Source of the DNA: Phycisphaerae bacterium | GTDB lineage: Bacteria; Planctomycetota; Phycisphaerae; WQYP01 | DNA: 52,125 nt | Direction of reading: 5' to 3' | Assembly (NCBI GenBank): GCA_044344145.1 | Contig: JBIJDM010000001.1 | Span: 1-52,125, forward strand | Part shown: one piece after another, positions 28,072 to 36,499 of the stretch | How the letters are laid out: the number at the start of each line of letters is the position of its first letter | Position numbering within the stretch: position 1 is the first letter of the stretch | Translations under genes and position numbers: made by a program | The notes under the pieces: generated by a model | What the model was told of the DNA's origin: nothing | The model's database searches: none | What the model saw: the letters and a program-made list of their open reading frames with translations, nothing else

Positions 28072-28812
28072 ACCCCCCTGCTGGGCATCTTTAGCGCCTT
28101 GGCGGTATTGGCGATTGCCGTACTGCTCTGGAATCATGCCCACCTCGATAGCGAAGCCTGGCGGGCGACCCGCTGGTTCATGGGTGATAACAAAAGTTAT
28201 AGCTGGCAAAGTGTTGCCGTAGACCCGGCCCAGCATCCCGACGCACCGTGGTATTACCGCATTACGCCCCCGAAGCAATCACAGTTTTACCAAAAATACG
28301 AACGCACTATTCTGATCTTTCGCACCTGGGCGGAACCGTTGACGCTGGTTCTGATCGGTGCGGCATTGGTCATCTATACCCGCTATCGCTGGCGTGCTGC
28401 GGTCTTGCTAGCACTGGCCACCGCCGGGCCGGGATTACTGGGCGAACTCACCCGCCGGGTTACCGGGCGCCTACGCCCGGAGGGCCAATTCTTCGACGGC
28501 GCACGCAACGGCGGGGATAATTACTGGGAATGGTTCCGTGGCTTTCATCAGGGCGGTGATCTCGCCTTCCCCTCGGGCCATGCTACACTCGCTTTCGCTT
28601 TGGCCGCGGTGCTGATCTATCTGAATCCCAAGTCCGCGTGGCTGGTGGTCCCCCTGGCCGTGATGTGCGCGTGGTCGCGGGTCATGATGCAGGCCCATTT
28701 CTATTCCGATGTGTTAATGGGGGCATTGCTGGGCTATTTGGTGGCCAAGCTCATTTGCCGGCTGGCGGGTCCGCGCTTGGGGATAGCGCCAGCGTCGGAC
28801 GCCACAGCATAA
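28021..28812 (+). CDS. PAP2-family (type 2 phosphatidic acid phosphatase-like) membrane phosphatase
   Basis: 263 aa. Motifs GRLRPEG, PSGHA and SRVMMQAHFYSD (the three PAP2 signature blocks). Several TM helices. Confidence 0.8.
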   Translation: MTKQTELALARTSPVFFTPLLGIFSALAVLAIAVLLWNHAHLDSEAWRATRWFMGDNKSYSWQSVAVDPAQHPDAPWYYRITPPKQSQFYQKYERTILIFRTWAEPLTLVLIGAALVIYTRYRWRAAVLLALATAGPGLLGELTRRVTGRLRPEGQFFDGARNGGDNYWEWFRGFHQGGDLAFPSGHATLAFALAAVLIYLNPKSAWLVVPLAVMCAWSRVMMQAHFYSDVLMGALLGYLVAKLICRLAGPRLGIAPASDATA

Positions 28813-30019
28813 CCAGCCCCACACTCAGCAGCACGATCAAACCAATCACCGCATAACTCCACGACAGACTGATCTGCGTGGCCACCAAGCCCGCAAACAG
28901 CGGCCCCAGTGCCCGCGCCAGACTGGCAAACCCCTGATAAACCCCCATCACCGCCCCCTGCTGCTCCGGCCCGGCATGACGGCTCAATAGCGCGTTCAAA
29001 CACGGCGACCACAGCGCACTGCCCACCGCCAGCGCCACCGATGCGGCCACAAACCCGCTCCATGATGTGACCACCGACAAGGCCAGCAACCCCGCAGTGA
29101 TAATCGCGCCACCCAATAGTATCAACGCCAGTTCGCCACTCATTTTCACCAGCCGACCCACCAATCCACCCTGCATTATCGCCATTGTCACGCCCATAAT
29201 GGCGAACAGATACCCGCTGGTGCGCGCCGCACTTTCCAGCACAGTCCGCCCATGCAAAAGTTGTTGCGCGATAGTCGTGGGATAGTACCGCTCCTGCACC
29301 AGCAGGCTATAGGTCTGCTCCATGCCCGCGAACGCAAATACCTGAATGAACCCCACCACCACCAGCCGCCGGAGGGCGGTGTGGCTGCGGACAAAACTGA
29401 AATGATGAATCCACAACCCGCGCACCACGCGGGCTTCCGCCGGGCGTGACTCGGCCAGAAACAAACACGTCAGCGTCAGCGCCAGCGCCGAGAACCCACC
29501 CCCCACCAGCGGCACCATCGCCAGCCCCCAATGGGTGGCCGTAAACGCCCCAATCGCTGGCCCGAAGATAAAGCCCAGCCCAAACGCCGCCCCAATCACG
29601 CCCATCCCCTTGGCCCGGTTTTCGGGCGTGGTGATATCGGCAATGTACGCACTCGCCACCGAGATATTCCCGCCACTAAGCCCGTCCAATATCCGCGCCG
29701 CGAACAGCAGCCCAATCCCCCAGACCCGGTAATCCCCGGTATACCAATGGGCCACATACATCAGGGCAAACCCCAGCACGGTCCCCACCTGTGAAAATAT
29801 TAAAATGGGCCGCCGGCCCAGCCGGTCCGACCAGGCCCCCAGCAAAGGCGAGAACACGAACTGGCAGAGCGAATAAACCGCCCCCAGCAGCACCAGCGTA
29901 AACAGGCTGGTAATCCCGAATTCCTGCCCGTACAGGGCCAAATTGGGCAGGACAATACCGAATCCGACCAGATCCACAAAGACGATCAGAAACAGGGTCA
30001 ATAATGAACGTGAGCGCAT
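28751..30019 (-). CDS. MFS transporter (drug/H+ antiporter-like)
   Basis: 422 aa, ~12 hydrophobic segments. GAWSDRLGRRPIL motif between TM2 and TM3. The 3' end overlaps the PAP2 3' end by 62 nt (convergent). Confidence 0.85.
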   Translation of the reverse strand: MRSRSLLTLFLIVFVDLVGFGIVLPNLALYGQEFGITSLFTLVLLGAVYSLCQFVFSPLLGAWSDRLGRRPILIFSQVGTVLGFALMYVAHWYTGDYRVWGIGLLFAARILDGLSGGNISVASAYIADITTPENRAKGMGVIGAAFGLGFIFGPAIGAFTATHWGLAMVPLVGGGFSALALTLTCLFLAESRPAEARVVRGLWIHHFSFVRSHTALRRLVVVGFIQVFAFAGMEQTYSLLVQERYYPTTIAQQLLHGRTVLESAARTSGYLFAIMGVTMAIMQGGLVGRLVKMSGELALILLGGAIITAGLLALSVVTSWSGFVAASVALAVGSALWSPCLNALLSRHAGPEQQGAVMGVYQGFASLARALGPLFAGLVATQISLSWSYAVIGLIVLLSVGLVMLWRPTLALSPSADPPAGK

Positions 30020-30111
30020 AGCGTTGAGTTTCCTAATGCAGCAAGTGTAGACATACGGGGCGGAATCTCAACTGGACAGGGAAAACCGGACGGAAAATTC
30101 GCGGCAAAAAC

Positions 30112-30137
30112 GAGAAAAGCCACCCCGAAAGGTGGCC
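30112..30137 (-). terminator. Terminator downstream of tRNA-Gly
   Basis: Minus strand GCCACC-tttcgg-GGTGGC followed by TTTTCTC. Also hairpin-competent on the plus strand. Confidence 0.5.
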
Positions 30138-30144
30138 TTTTCAC

Positions 30145-30216
30145 AGCGGGCGAAGGGATTTGAACCCTCGACATTCACGTTGGCAACGTGACGCTCTACC
30201 ACTGAGCTACGCCCGC
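30145..30216 (-). tRNA. tRNA-Gly (anticodon GCC)
   Basis: Reverse complement GCGGGCGTAGCTCAGTGGTAGAGCGTCACGTTGCCAACGTGAATGTCGAGGGTTCAAATCCCTTCGCCCGCT. A 72-nt cloverleaf with anticodon loop TTGCCAA and discriminator U. Confidence 0.9.
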
Positions 30217-30229
30217 GATAACGACGATT

Positions 30230-30257
30230 AGTATACCACGCTTTACCTGCTTGTAAA
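30230..30257 (-). promoter_or_regulatory. Candidate promoter for tRNA-Gly
   Basis: Minus strand TTTACA-N16-(TGG)TATACT with an extended -10. It ends 13 nt before the tRNA 5' end. Confidence 0.4.
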
Positions 30258-30280
30258 GAGTTCGCGAGGGTGAAAATCCG

Positions 30281-30982
30281 TCAAGCTTCCGCCCCGAATA
30301 ACGCCGACCCGATCCGTACCATGGTGGCCCCTTCGGCGATGGCCAGCTCGAAATCGTGGGTCATGCCCATGCTCAGATGCCGCAAATCCGCCCCGCCGAT
30401 GCCGCGCTGGCGTAATTCCTGAAATAACTCACGCAGGCGGCTGAAACTTTGCCGGATGACGGCGGTATCCTCGGTCAACGGAGCCATGGTCATCAGCCCC
30501 GCCAACCGCAGGCAACTCATCGAGCCGATCTGCTCCGCCAGATGCAGGGCCGCGCCATAGGCCACCCCCTGCTTTTGCGGTTCCAGACTGCAATTCACCT
30601 CCAGCAGAATCGGCACATCGCGATCGGTTTGAACCGCCAATTCCTGTAATTCCTCCGCCAGCCGCAGGGTGTCCACACTGTGAATCAGGTGTGATGTCTG
30701 CAGGGCTGCTTTGGCCTTGTTGCGTTGCAGATGGCCGATCATATGCCAGCGGATATTCGCAACCTGTGCCCACTGCTGGGCCCGGGCTTCCAATTGCTGG
30801 ACCCGGCTTTCGCCCAAATCCCGGTGCCCCGTTGCCAAGAGCGCATCCACCTGTTCCACGGTGGCATATTTGGTCACCGCCACCAAAGTCACCTCTTCGG
30901 GCGACCGTCCGGCAGCTTGGCAGGCCCGGGCAATCCGCGCCTGCACGGCGGTCAGTCGTTCGCTTACGCTTGCGGGCATCAT
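30281..30982 (-). CDS. yggS: YggS-family pyridoxal-phosphate homeostasis protein
   Basis: 233 aa. VTLVAVTKYATVEQV (PLP lysine context), HMIGHLQRNK and SMGMTHDFELAI motifs. Confidence 0.85.
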   Translation of the reverse strand: MMPASVSERLTAVQARIARACQAAGRSPEEVTLVAVTKYATVEQVDALLATGHRDLGESRVQQLEARAQQWAQVANIRWHMIGHLQRNKAKAALQTSHLIHSVDTLRLAEELQELAVQTDRDVPILLEVNCSLEPQKQGVAYGAALHLAEQIGSMSCLRLAGLMTMAPLTEDTAVIRQSFSRLRELFQELRQRGIGGADLRHLSMGMTHDFELAIAEGATMVRIGSALFGAEA

Positions 30983-32136
30983 GTCGCTCCCACCGAAAAG
31001 GCCAAAGTCGTTTTCATACTCACCGGCACGCCCTGACGATACGCCGGCCGAAACCGCGCGGCCACCACCACTTTGCGGACCGCTTCATCAAACAGGGCAA
31101 GGCCCGAGGATTCTAACATACGCACATCCTCCAAGGTACCATCGGCAGTCACCGTCACTTCAAAGACCACCTTGCCCTTGGGGCGTTGCAATTTCACTTC
31201 CTGGGGGATTTCCAGATTGGGCCGGCTCAGTAACTGGGGTGAATCACTGTTCGCCCCCGAAGGGCCGCGATCCTCGCCCACGCCGGTGCCTTTGCCCGAA
31301 CCACCCTTGCCGCCGCGCATAATTTCGTAGACCGGCTCCTCGCCCACGCCATCTTCACTGCCGCTCATGATGCCCGGCCCGCGCCCGCCGGGGGTATTCC
31401 CCGTGGGTGGCTTGGTGACGCCGCTGGCCACGGCGTTACTTGGTACCGGGTTCTGCGGCGGTGGCTCGATCAAGACTAATTGCGGCGCGGTGGTCCGCGC
31501 CACGGTCGGCCGGCGCTCCGGCAGCGGCCCGCCATTTATAATCACATCGGGGGGCAACTCGGGCGGCTTTAATTGGTTGAGTGCCAGGCGCTCCATGGCC
31601 TGATAATCCTGCGCGGTGTCCGCCGGTAGTAGCGGGGTAAGTACCGGCGGGGCGCGAAAATTCAACTCCGGCCCGCGTGTGGGCTCTCCCGGATAATCGA
31701 GCACCAGTGGACCGCTGAACATCGGCTTGCCATCGCCCAATTTCGGGTTGCCGCCCGAGCCGGCGTTGTAACTGGTCGAATATATTTTGGTTAAAACACT
31801 GCGCGGGTCCGTGCCCCACTGCCACCCCATGGCCAAGAGCAATAACACCCCGCAAACCGCATGAATCCCCACCGCCCCGAGCACCGCCACCAGCGCCGCA
31901 ATCGGGACCCCCACATAACGCACGATGACACGTTTTTGGTTGGCCAGCGCCGCCATCAACGCGGGCAGGGCATCATCCACCGGGGCCGGGACGACTGCGA
32001 GTAATTCCTCGGGGATCAGTGCACTCACTGGTTCCGGTGCGGCCACCACCCCCAACTCACCCGGCGCAGCGGCATCCCCAGCGCCAATATCTTCCGTACC
32101 GACCGGGTCGGCTGAAAATTGCTGTGCTTGATCCAT
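30979..32136 (-). CDS. TonB-like energy transducer (TM anchor, Pro-rich spacer, TonB C-terminal domain)
   Basis: ORF 30979..32232 would overlap the greA 3' end, so I prefer the ATG at 32136 (MDQAQQFS...). TM segment, P-rich middle, C-terminal GKVVFEVTVTADGTLEDVRMLESSGLALFDEAVRKVV. Its stop overlaps the yggS start. Confidence 0.65.
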   Translation of the reverse strand: MDQAQQFSADPVGTEDIGAGDAAAPGELGVVAAPEPVSALIPEELLAVVPAPVDDALPALMAALANQKRVIVRYVGVPIAALVAVLGAVGIHAVCGVLLLLAMGWQWGTDPRSVLTKIYSTSYNAGSGGNPKLGDGKPMFSGPLVLDYPGEPTRGPELNFRAPPVLTPLLPADTAQDYQAMERLALNQLKPPELPPDVIINGGPLPERRPTVARTTAPQLVLIEPPPQNPVPSNAVASGVTKPPTGNTPGGRGPGIMSGSEDGVGEEPVYEIMRGGKGGSGKGTGVGEDRGPSGANSDSPQLLSRPNLEIPQEVKLQRPKGKVVFEVTVTADGTLEDVRMLESSGLALFDEAVRKVVVAARFRPAYRQGVPVSMKTTLAFSVGAT

Positions 32137-32155
32137 ACCTGGCCTCACGGGCCAA

Positions 32156-32635
32156 TTATAACAGTTCCAATACCTGATAGCGTAATTCGCCCCGGGGCGC
32201 TTTGACCCGTACTTCCTCGCCCACCCGGGCACGGATCAGGGCTTCGCCCAACGGACTGCTGGCCGAGACCACCATCACATCGGAATCATCATCGAAAGCG
32301 CCTTTTTGCACTTCGCCGACAATCCGGAACGTCTCGAAACCGCCGTTATTGACATCTTTGCACTTCACCGTCGAGCCCAGAAACACCATGTCGGCGGGGA
32401 TTTCGTTGGGGTCCACCACCGAAACATTGCGCAGCTTGTTTTGCAGGGCCTTGATATTGGCCTCCAGCATGGCCAATTCTTCCCGCGCGGCATGATAATC
32501 CGCGTTTTCGCGTAAATCACCCTTTTCCCGCGCTTCGGCGATGCGTTGGGCGATCTCCGGGCGCGTGTTGATCATGCGCTTGAGATCGGCTTCCAATTTG
32601 TCTTTTTCTTCGCGGGTCAATAACTGTGCTTCCAT
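32156..32635 (-). CDS. greA: Transcription elongation factor GreA
   Basis: ORF 32156..32671. ATG at 32635 (MEAQLLTREEKDKLEADL...) follows AGAGGTGA. GDLRENADYHAAREE motif. Confidence 0.9.
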   Translation of the reverse strand: MEAQLLTREEKDKLEADLKRMINTRPEIAQRIAEAREKGDLRENADYHAAREELAMLEANIKALQNKLRNVSVVDPNEIPADMVFLGSTVKCKDVNNGGFETFRIVGEVQKGAFDDDSDVMVVSASSPLGEALIRARVGEEVRVKAPRGELRYQVLELL

Positions 32636-32684
32636 ACGGTCACCTCTTGCTGGCACCGGCACTGCCGGCACACGTCCTGTGAAA

Positions 32685-33290
32685 TCAACGGATATTCAAA
32701 AATTCTTTCATGTGCATGTCGTACACGTCCTGTGCGGTAGGCTCGGTCAGATTCAACCGCAATTCGTTGATGATCTTCGTGCCCTGACCAATCCACAGCT
32801 TCCAACAGTGCGTGCCCACCGAGGCGTGAATCTGTTCGCCCAGCGGACCCGAAAACGGCCGCTCCGCCAGCTTGGGCTCGATCTTGCCGCAGCGCACACA
32901 CTGGATCATCCCGGCGGCCACCTGATCGGGGGTTAATTCCTGCACTTCGGTGCTGGGAATCTCGCCGCCCAGGTCTTTGATCAAGGCCGCCATCTCGTTC
33001 CGGGGCATCAGGTCGCCCATGTCATTGGCGACTTTGTAGCCTTTGGCCAAAATCAGCAGGGCGCCTTCACGGTCCCCCACTTCCTTTTGCGCCGCCGCCA
33101 GCAGGGCATAGGCCTTGCTGAAGTCGGGCTTCAACTGGATCACCTTCATCAGCGGGGCAATGGCTTCCTTGTTGGCGCCGCCATCCATATAGGCCCGCGC
33201 CAGCGAGAAGTAAGCCAACTCGTTGTCGGGGTCAACCGCGATCATCTTTTCAAAACGCTCAATGCGTGCTGTGTCTAGCATAAAAGACAC
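32685..33290 (-). CDS. TPR-repeat / YggX-like (Fe(2+)-trafficking protein family) fusion protein
   Basis: 201 aa. N-terminal ~110 aa is TPR-like (AYFSLARAYMDGGANKEAI..., KAYALLAAAQKEVGD...). The C-terminal MIQCVRCGKIEPKLAERPFSGPLGEQIHASVGTHCWKLWIGQGTKIINELRLNLTEPTAQDVYDMHMKEFL aligns by eye with E. coli YggX (C..., G.LG..I, W..W, INE..LN, M..FL). Confidence 0.7.
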   Translation of the reverse strand: MSFMLDTARIERFEKMIAVDPDNELAYFSLARAYMDGGANKEAIAPLMKVIQLKPDFSKAYALLAAAQKEVGDREGALLILAKGYKVANDMGDLMPRNEMAALIKDLGGEIPSTEVQELTPDQVAAGMIQCVRCGKIEPKLAERPFSGPLGEQIHASVGTHCWKLWIGQGTKIINELRLNLTEPTAQDVYDMHMKEFLNIR

Positions 33291-33345
33291 CTCCTACCCT
33301 TATCGTAGGTAGCCAGTTGGGCCAATTATTTAGGATGGTGATTTT

Positions 33346-34128
33346 TTACCAGCCCACAATATTGTAGCCACCGTCCACATAGACGGTTTCGCCGGTAACA
33401 CCGCTGGACAAATCGGAACACAGCCAGATGGCGGTCTTACCCACGTGTTCCGCGGCTTTGTCGGCATCCCACGGCAAGGGGGCCTTTTCGACGTAGTGGG
33501 TCATCATCTTGTCAATTTCGCCGATCCCGCGGGCCGCCATGGTCTTGATGGCCCCGGCACTGATGGCATTGACCCGGATATGCTTGGCATCCCGGCCCAT
33601 TTCCGCCGCCAGATAACGCACGCTGCATTCCAGCGCCGCCTTGGCCACGGCCATGACGTTGTACATGGGGATATATTTTTCCGCCCCGAAATAGCTCATC
33701 GTGATGATGGTGCCGTCCTGATTCATCACCGGCAGGGCCGCGCGGGCCATCGCCACCAGCGAATAGGCGCTGATATCCAGCGCTGTCTTCCAGGCCTCGC
33801 GACTGGTCTGCAGGAAGGGGTTGTGCAACGCTTCCGCCGGGGCAAACGCCAGCGAATGGACCAGAATATCAAAGGTGCCGAACTTTTCGGCGGCCACGGC
33901 AAACGCCTGCACGACATCCTCGTCCTTACTCACATCGCAGGGGACCAGAAACTTGGGGTTGAACTGCTCGGTGGCCTTGACCACGCGGCGTTCGATCTTT
34001 TCGCCCGGCAGATGCGAGAAGGCCAACTCACAGCCCTGTTCATGCAACGACTTGGCAATCGCCCAGCCGATGGAATACTCGTTCAGCACGCCGAAAATAA
34101 ACGCCTTCTTGCCGGTCAACATACCCAT
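33346..34128 (-). CDS. fabI: Enoyl-[acyl-carrier-protein] reductase (NADH), FabI
   Basis: ORF 33346..34182. ATG at 34128 follows AGGAG. GKKAFIFGVLNEYSIGWAIAK and YFGAEKYIPMYNVMAVAKAALE (catalytic Y/K) motifs. Confidence 0.9.
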   Translation of the reverse strand: MGMLTGKKAFIFGVLNEYSIGWAIAKSLHEQGCELAFSHLPGEKIERRVVKATEQFNPKFLVPCDVSKDEDVVQAFAVAAEKFGTFDILVHSLAFAPAEALHNPFLQTSREAWKTALDISAYSLVAMARAALPVMNQDGTIITMSYFGAEKYIPMYNVMAVAKAALECSVRYLAAEMGRDAKHIRVNAISAGAIKTMAARGIGEIDKMMTHYVEKAPLPWDADKAAEHVGKTAIWLCSDLSSGVTGETVYVDGGYNIVGW

Positions 34129-34272
34129 AATCAAAGCTCCTAAAGCAACGATACGCCAAAGCGTATCCAAGTCCACAATCAAACCCTCTAATATGACGAT
34201 TTACCCCAATAAAGCAAGCGCCCCCAACCGCGAAACTAACCGACCAACCAATGTTTATTATTATTTTCTTAT

Positions 34273-34314
34273 TAATTCGTAATTTGTAATTCGTAATTCG
34301 TAATTTTTAATGCA
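34273..34314. repeat. Tandem AT-rich heptamer repeat (TAATTYG x5-6)
   Basis: taattcg taatttg taattcg taattcg taatttt taatgca. Abuts and overlaps the stop codon (34307-34309) of the sigma54 activator gene and lies upstream of fabI. Confidence 0.8.
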
Positions 34315-35644
34315 ATCCATACCGCGCCATCTTCCGGTACAACGTCCGCACCGATACCCCCAGCAGCACCGCCGCCCGGGTGCGGTCGCCCGAGGCTTGC
34401 TTGATGGCTTTGTCTATGGCCTCGCGTTCGGCCACATCCAGTTCGGGCAGCATGGCGTCGTCCACCTGGGCCCGGCGCACGTGTTCGGGCAGCATGGTCT
34501 CGGTGATGGTATTGCCCGAATTCAAAATCAGCACGCTTTCCAGCACGTTGCGCAGCTCGCGCACATTGCCGGGCCAGCCATAGGTTTGCAACCGTTGCAT
34601 GGTGATTTCTTCGATGACCGGCAGATCCAAGCCATGTTCCTGACACAGCTTCTGCAAGAGCGACTGGGCCAGCATGGGGATATCGCTGGTGCGCTCGCGC
34701 AGCGGGGGAATATCAATCCGTACCACGTTCAAGCGGTAATACAGGTCGGGCCTAAAGCGTTTGGCGTCCACGCACTGCTGCAAGTCCGCATTGGTCGCCG
34801 CCAGCACGCGGACATCCACGCTTTTTTCCTGGGTTGAGCCCACCGGCGTGATCTTGCCGGTTTCCAGCACACGCAGCAATTTGGCCTGCAGGCCCAGTTC
34901 CAATTCGCCCACTTCGTCAATGAACAGCGTCCCACCGTGGGCGGCCTCGAAATAGCCCACCGTCTTGCTGGCCGCGCCGGTAAAGGCGCCGCGTTCGTGG
35001 CCAAAGAGTTCCGACTCCATCAGGCTCGCCGGGACGGCGGCACAGTTGATGGGGATAAACGGCCCGGCCTTGCGCGGCGAGAGTTCATGGATGGCCCGGA
35101 CGACCATTTCCTTGCCCGTGCCCGACTCGCCCGAGACCAGCACGGTGCTCTTGAACCCCGCCACCCGGCGGATGGTATCGTAAATGTGCAGCATGGATTC
35201 TGACGTACCGATCAGGTTGGCGATCTGGCTTTCGGTCTTGTTCTGCTCGCGCCACTGGGTCATATCCACACGCATGCGGTGGTGTTCCAGCGCGCGGGCC
35301 ACCACTTCCAGCAGTTCCGGCGGGGTAAAGGGCTTGGTCAGATAATCAAACGCCCCCGCCTTCATCGCGGCCACCGCCGACGCCACGGTGGCGTTGCCGG
35401 TGATCATGATGATCTCGACGAGAGGTTCCTGGGCTTTGACCTGTTCGAGCAGGGCCAGCCCGTCCATATTGGGCATCCAGAGATCGGTAATCAGCACATC
35501 CACATCCGCCGACAGCTTCAGCAGCGCCTGGGCGCCATTGGCAGCACGCAGGACGTGATAGCCCGAGTCTTCCAGCGCATCGCCGATGGCCTGCAAGACC
35601 GAACGGTCATCTTCTGCCAGCAATATGGTGCCCAGCGACTTCAT
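34307..35644 (-). CDS. Sigma-54-dependent response regulator (NtrC family)
   Basis: 445 aa. Receiver domain (LITDLWMPNMDG), AAA+ Walker A GESGTGKE, GAFTGA loop, C-terminal Fis-type HTH (AAVLLGVSVRTLYRKMARYGL). Confidence 0.9.
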   Translation of the reverse strand: MKSLGTILLAEDDRSVLQAIGDALEDSGYHVLRAANGAQALLKLSADVDVLITDLWMPNMDGLALLEQVKAQEPLVEIIMITGNATVASAVAAMKAGAFDYLTKPFTPPELLEVVARALEHHRMRVDMTQWREQNKTESQIANLIGTSESMLHIYDTIRRVAGFKSTVLVSGESGTGKEMVVRAIHELSPRKAGPFIPINCAAVPASLMESELFGHERGAFTGAASKTVGYFEAAHGGTLFIDEVGELELGLQAKLLRVLETGKITPVGSTQEKSVDVRVLAATNADLQQCVDAKRFRPDLYYRLNVVRIDIPPLRERTSDIPMLAQSLLQKLCQEHGLDLPVIEEITMQRLQTYGWPGNVRELRNVLESVLILNSGNTITETMLPEHVRRAQVDDAMLPELDVAEREAIDKAIKQASGDRTRAAVLLGVSVRTLYRKMARYGLH

Positions 35645-35658
35645 GGGGTGCGGTCCGG

Positions 35659-36180
35659 TTAGATATTCAGGTCGGTCTTGGTCAGGATGCTTTCGAAGAT
35701 GTACCCGGCGGCCTCGATATTGGCCCGGGCGCCTTCCAGCCGGTCGATGACGGCGACGATCTTTTCGACCACTGCGCCAGCGTCGGTTAGAATCTTGGCC
35801 GCTTCCAAAACCTGTCCGCCGGTGGTGGCGATATCCTCCACCAGCAGCACGCGGTCACCGGCACTGATCTTGCCTTCGATCATTTTGCTGGTGCCATAGT
35901 CTTTTTTGCTGTTGCGGACGATGACAAACGGCAACCCGCTGGCCAGACTGGCCGCGGCGGCCAGCGCCACCCCGCCCAATTCCGCCCCGGCAATCAGGGT
36001 CGTCGCCGGCCCGCGCCGCGCGGCAAAGCGACTGCCCAGCGCCGCGAGAATATCGGGCTGGGTTTCAAACAGATACTTGTCCATGTAATACTTGGACCGC
36101 TTGCCTGACCGCAGGAGAAAATCCCCTTCCAGATACGAGGCTTCTTTAACACGTTTCGCCAGAGCAGCATGATCGAGCAT
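35659..36180 (-). CDS. pyrE: Orotate phosphoribosyltransferase
   Basis: ORF 35659..36222. ATG at 36180 (MLDHAALAKRVKEASYLEGDFLLRSGKRSKYY). PRPP motif VLLVEDIATTGGQ. Confidence 0.9.
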   Translation of the reverse strand: MLDHAALAKRVKEASYLEGDFLLRSGKRSKYYMDKYLFETQPDILAALGSRFAARRGPATTLIAGAELGGVALAAAASLASGLPFVIVRNSKKDYGTSKMIEGKISAGDRVLLVEDIATTGGQVLEAAKILTDAGAVVEKIVAVIDRLEGARANIEAAGYIFESILTKTDLNI

Positions 36181-36274
36181 AAAACCGACTCCTATAACAA
36201 AGTTAAGGCCCCATTGTAGCAAATTTGGCCGGATGTGGTAGGGATGGCGGGAAGGGGATTATCCCCCCGCCCGA

Positions 36275-36321
36275 GTCCCGTAGGGACGCCCCGATAATAG
36301 CCCACCGTTTTTATCGGTGGG
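36275..36321 (+). repeat. Bipartite hairpin motif, copy 1
   Basis: GTCCC-gta-GGGAC, a 13-nt spacer ending GATAATAG, then CCCACCG-tttttat-CGGTGGG. Confidence 0.6.
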
Positions 36322-36385
36322 AGCGCAGGATGTTCAGTAATTCTTTTGATTCATCCAGTATTTCCGGAGCATTGGTATCGTCTTC

Positions 36386-36430
36386 GCCCCAACGGGGCGG
36401 TATTTATATAGCCCATGGCAACGCCATGGG
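36386..36430 (+). repeat. Bipartite hairpin motif, copy 2
   Basis: GCCCC-aac-GGGGC, a 13-nt spacer ending TATATAG, then CCCATGGC-aac-GCCATGGG. Same geometry as copy 1 with different stem sequences. Confidence 0.6.
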
Positions 36431-36499
36431 TAGGAACGTCGCGCCCCCGCCGTGCTCTGAAAGAGCACCAATTAATCCCACGCGTACCGCTCTGTACGA

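Noticed and set aside
28751-28812. 62-nt convergent overlap of the PAP2 and MFS gene 3' ends
   Set aside because: Both reading frames are otherwise well supported, and tail overlaps of this size occur in compact genomes. There is no evidence of a frameshift or a special element.
32651-32665. Sigma54-like -24/-12 element TGGCAC-N5-CTGC on the plus strand between greA and the TPR-YggX gene, 1.7 kb from the sigma54 activator gene
   Set aside because: It points antisense into minus-strand genes, with no plus-strand gene for ~4.6 kb. One or two such matches are expected by chance in 2 x 52 kb. I kept it only as a note.
34273-34314. Considered whether the heptamer array could be a degenerate CRISPR or a minisatellite of a mobile element
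   Set aside because: The repeat unit is only 7 nt with no spacers, there are no cas genes, and there are no flanking inverted repeats. It is a simple tandem repeat.
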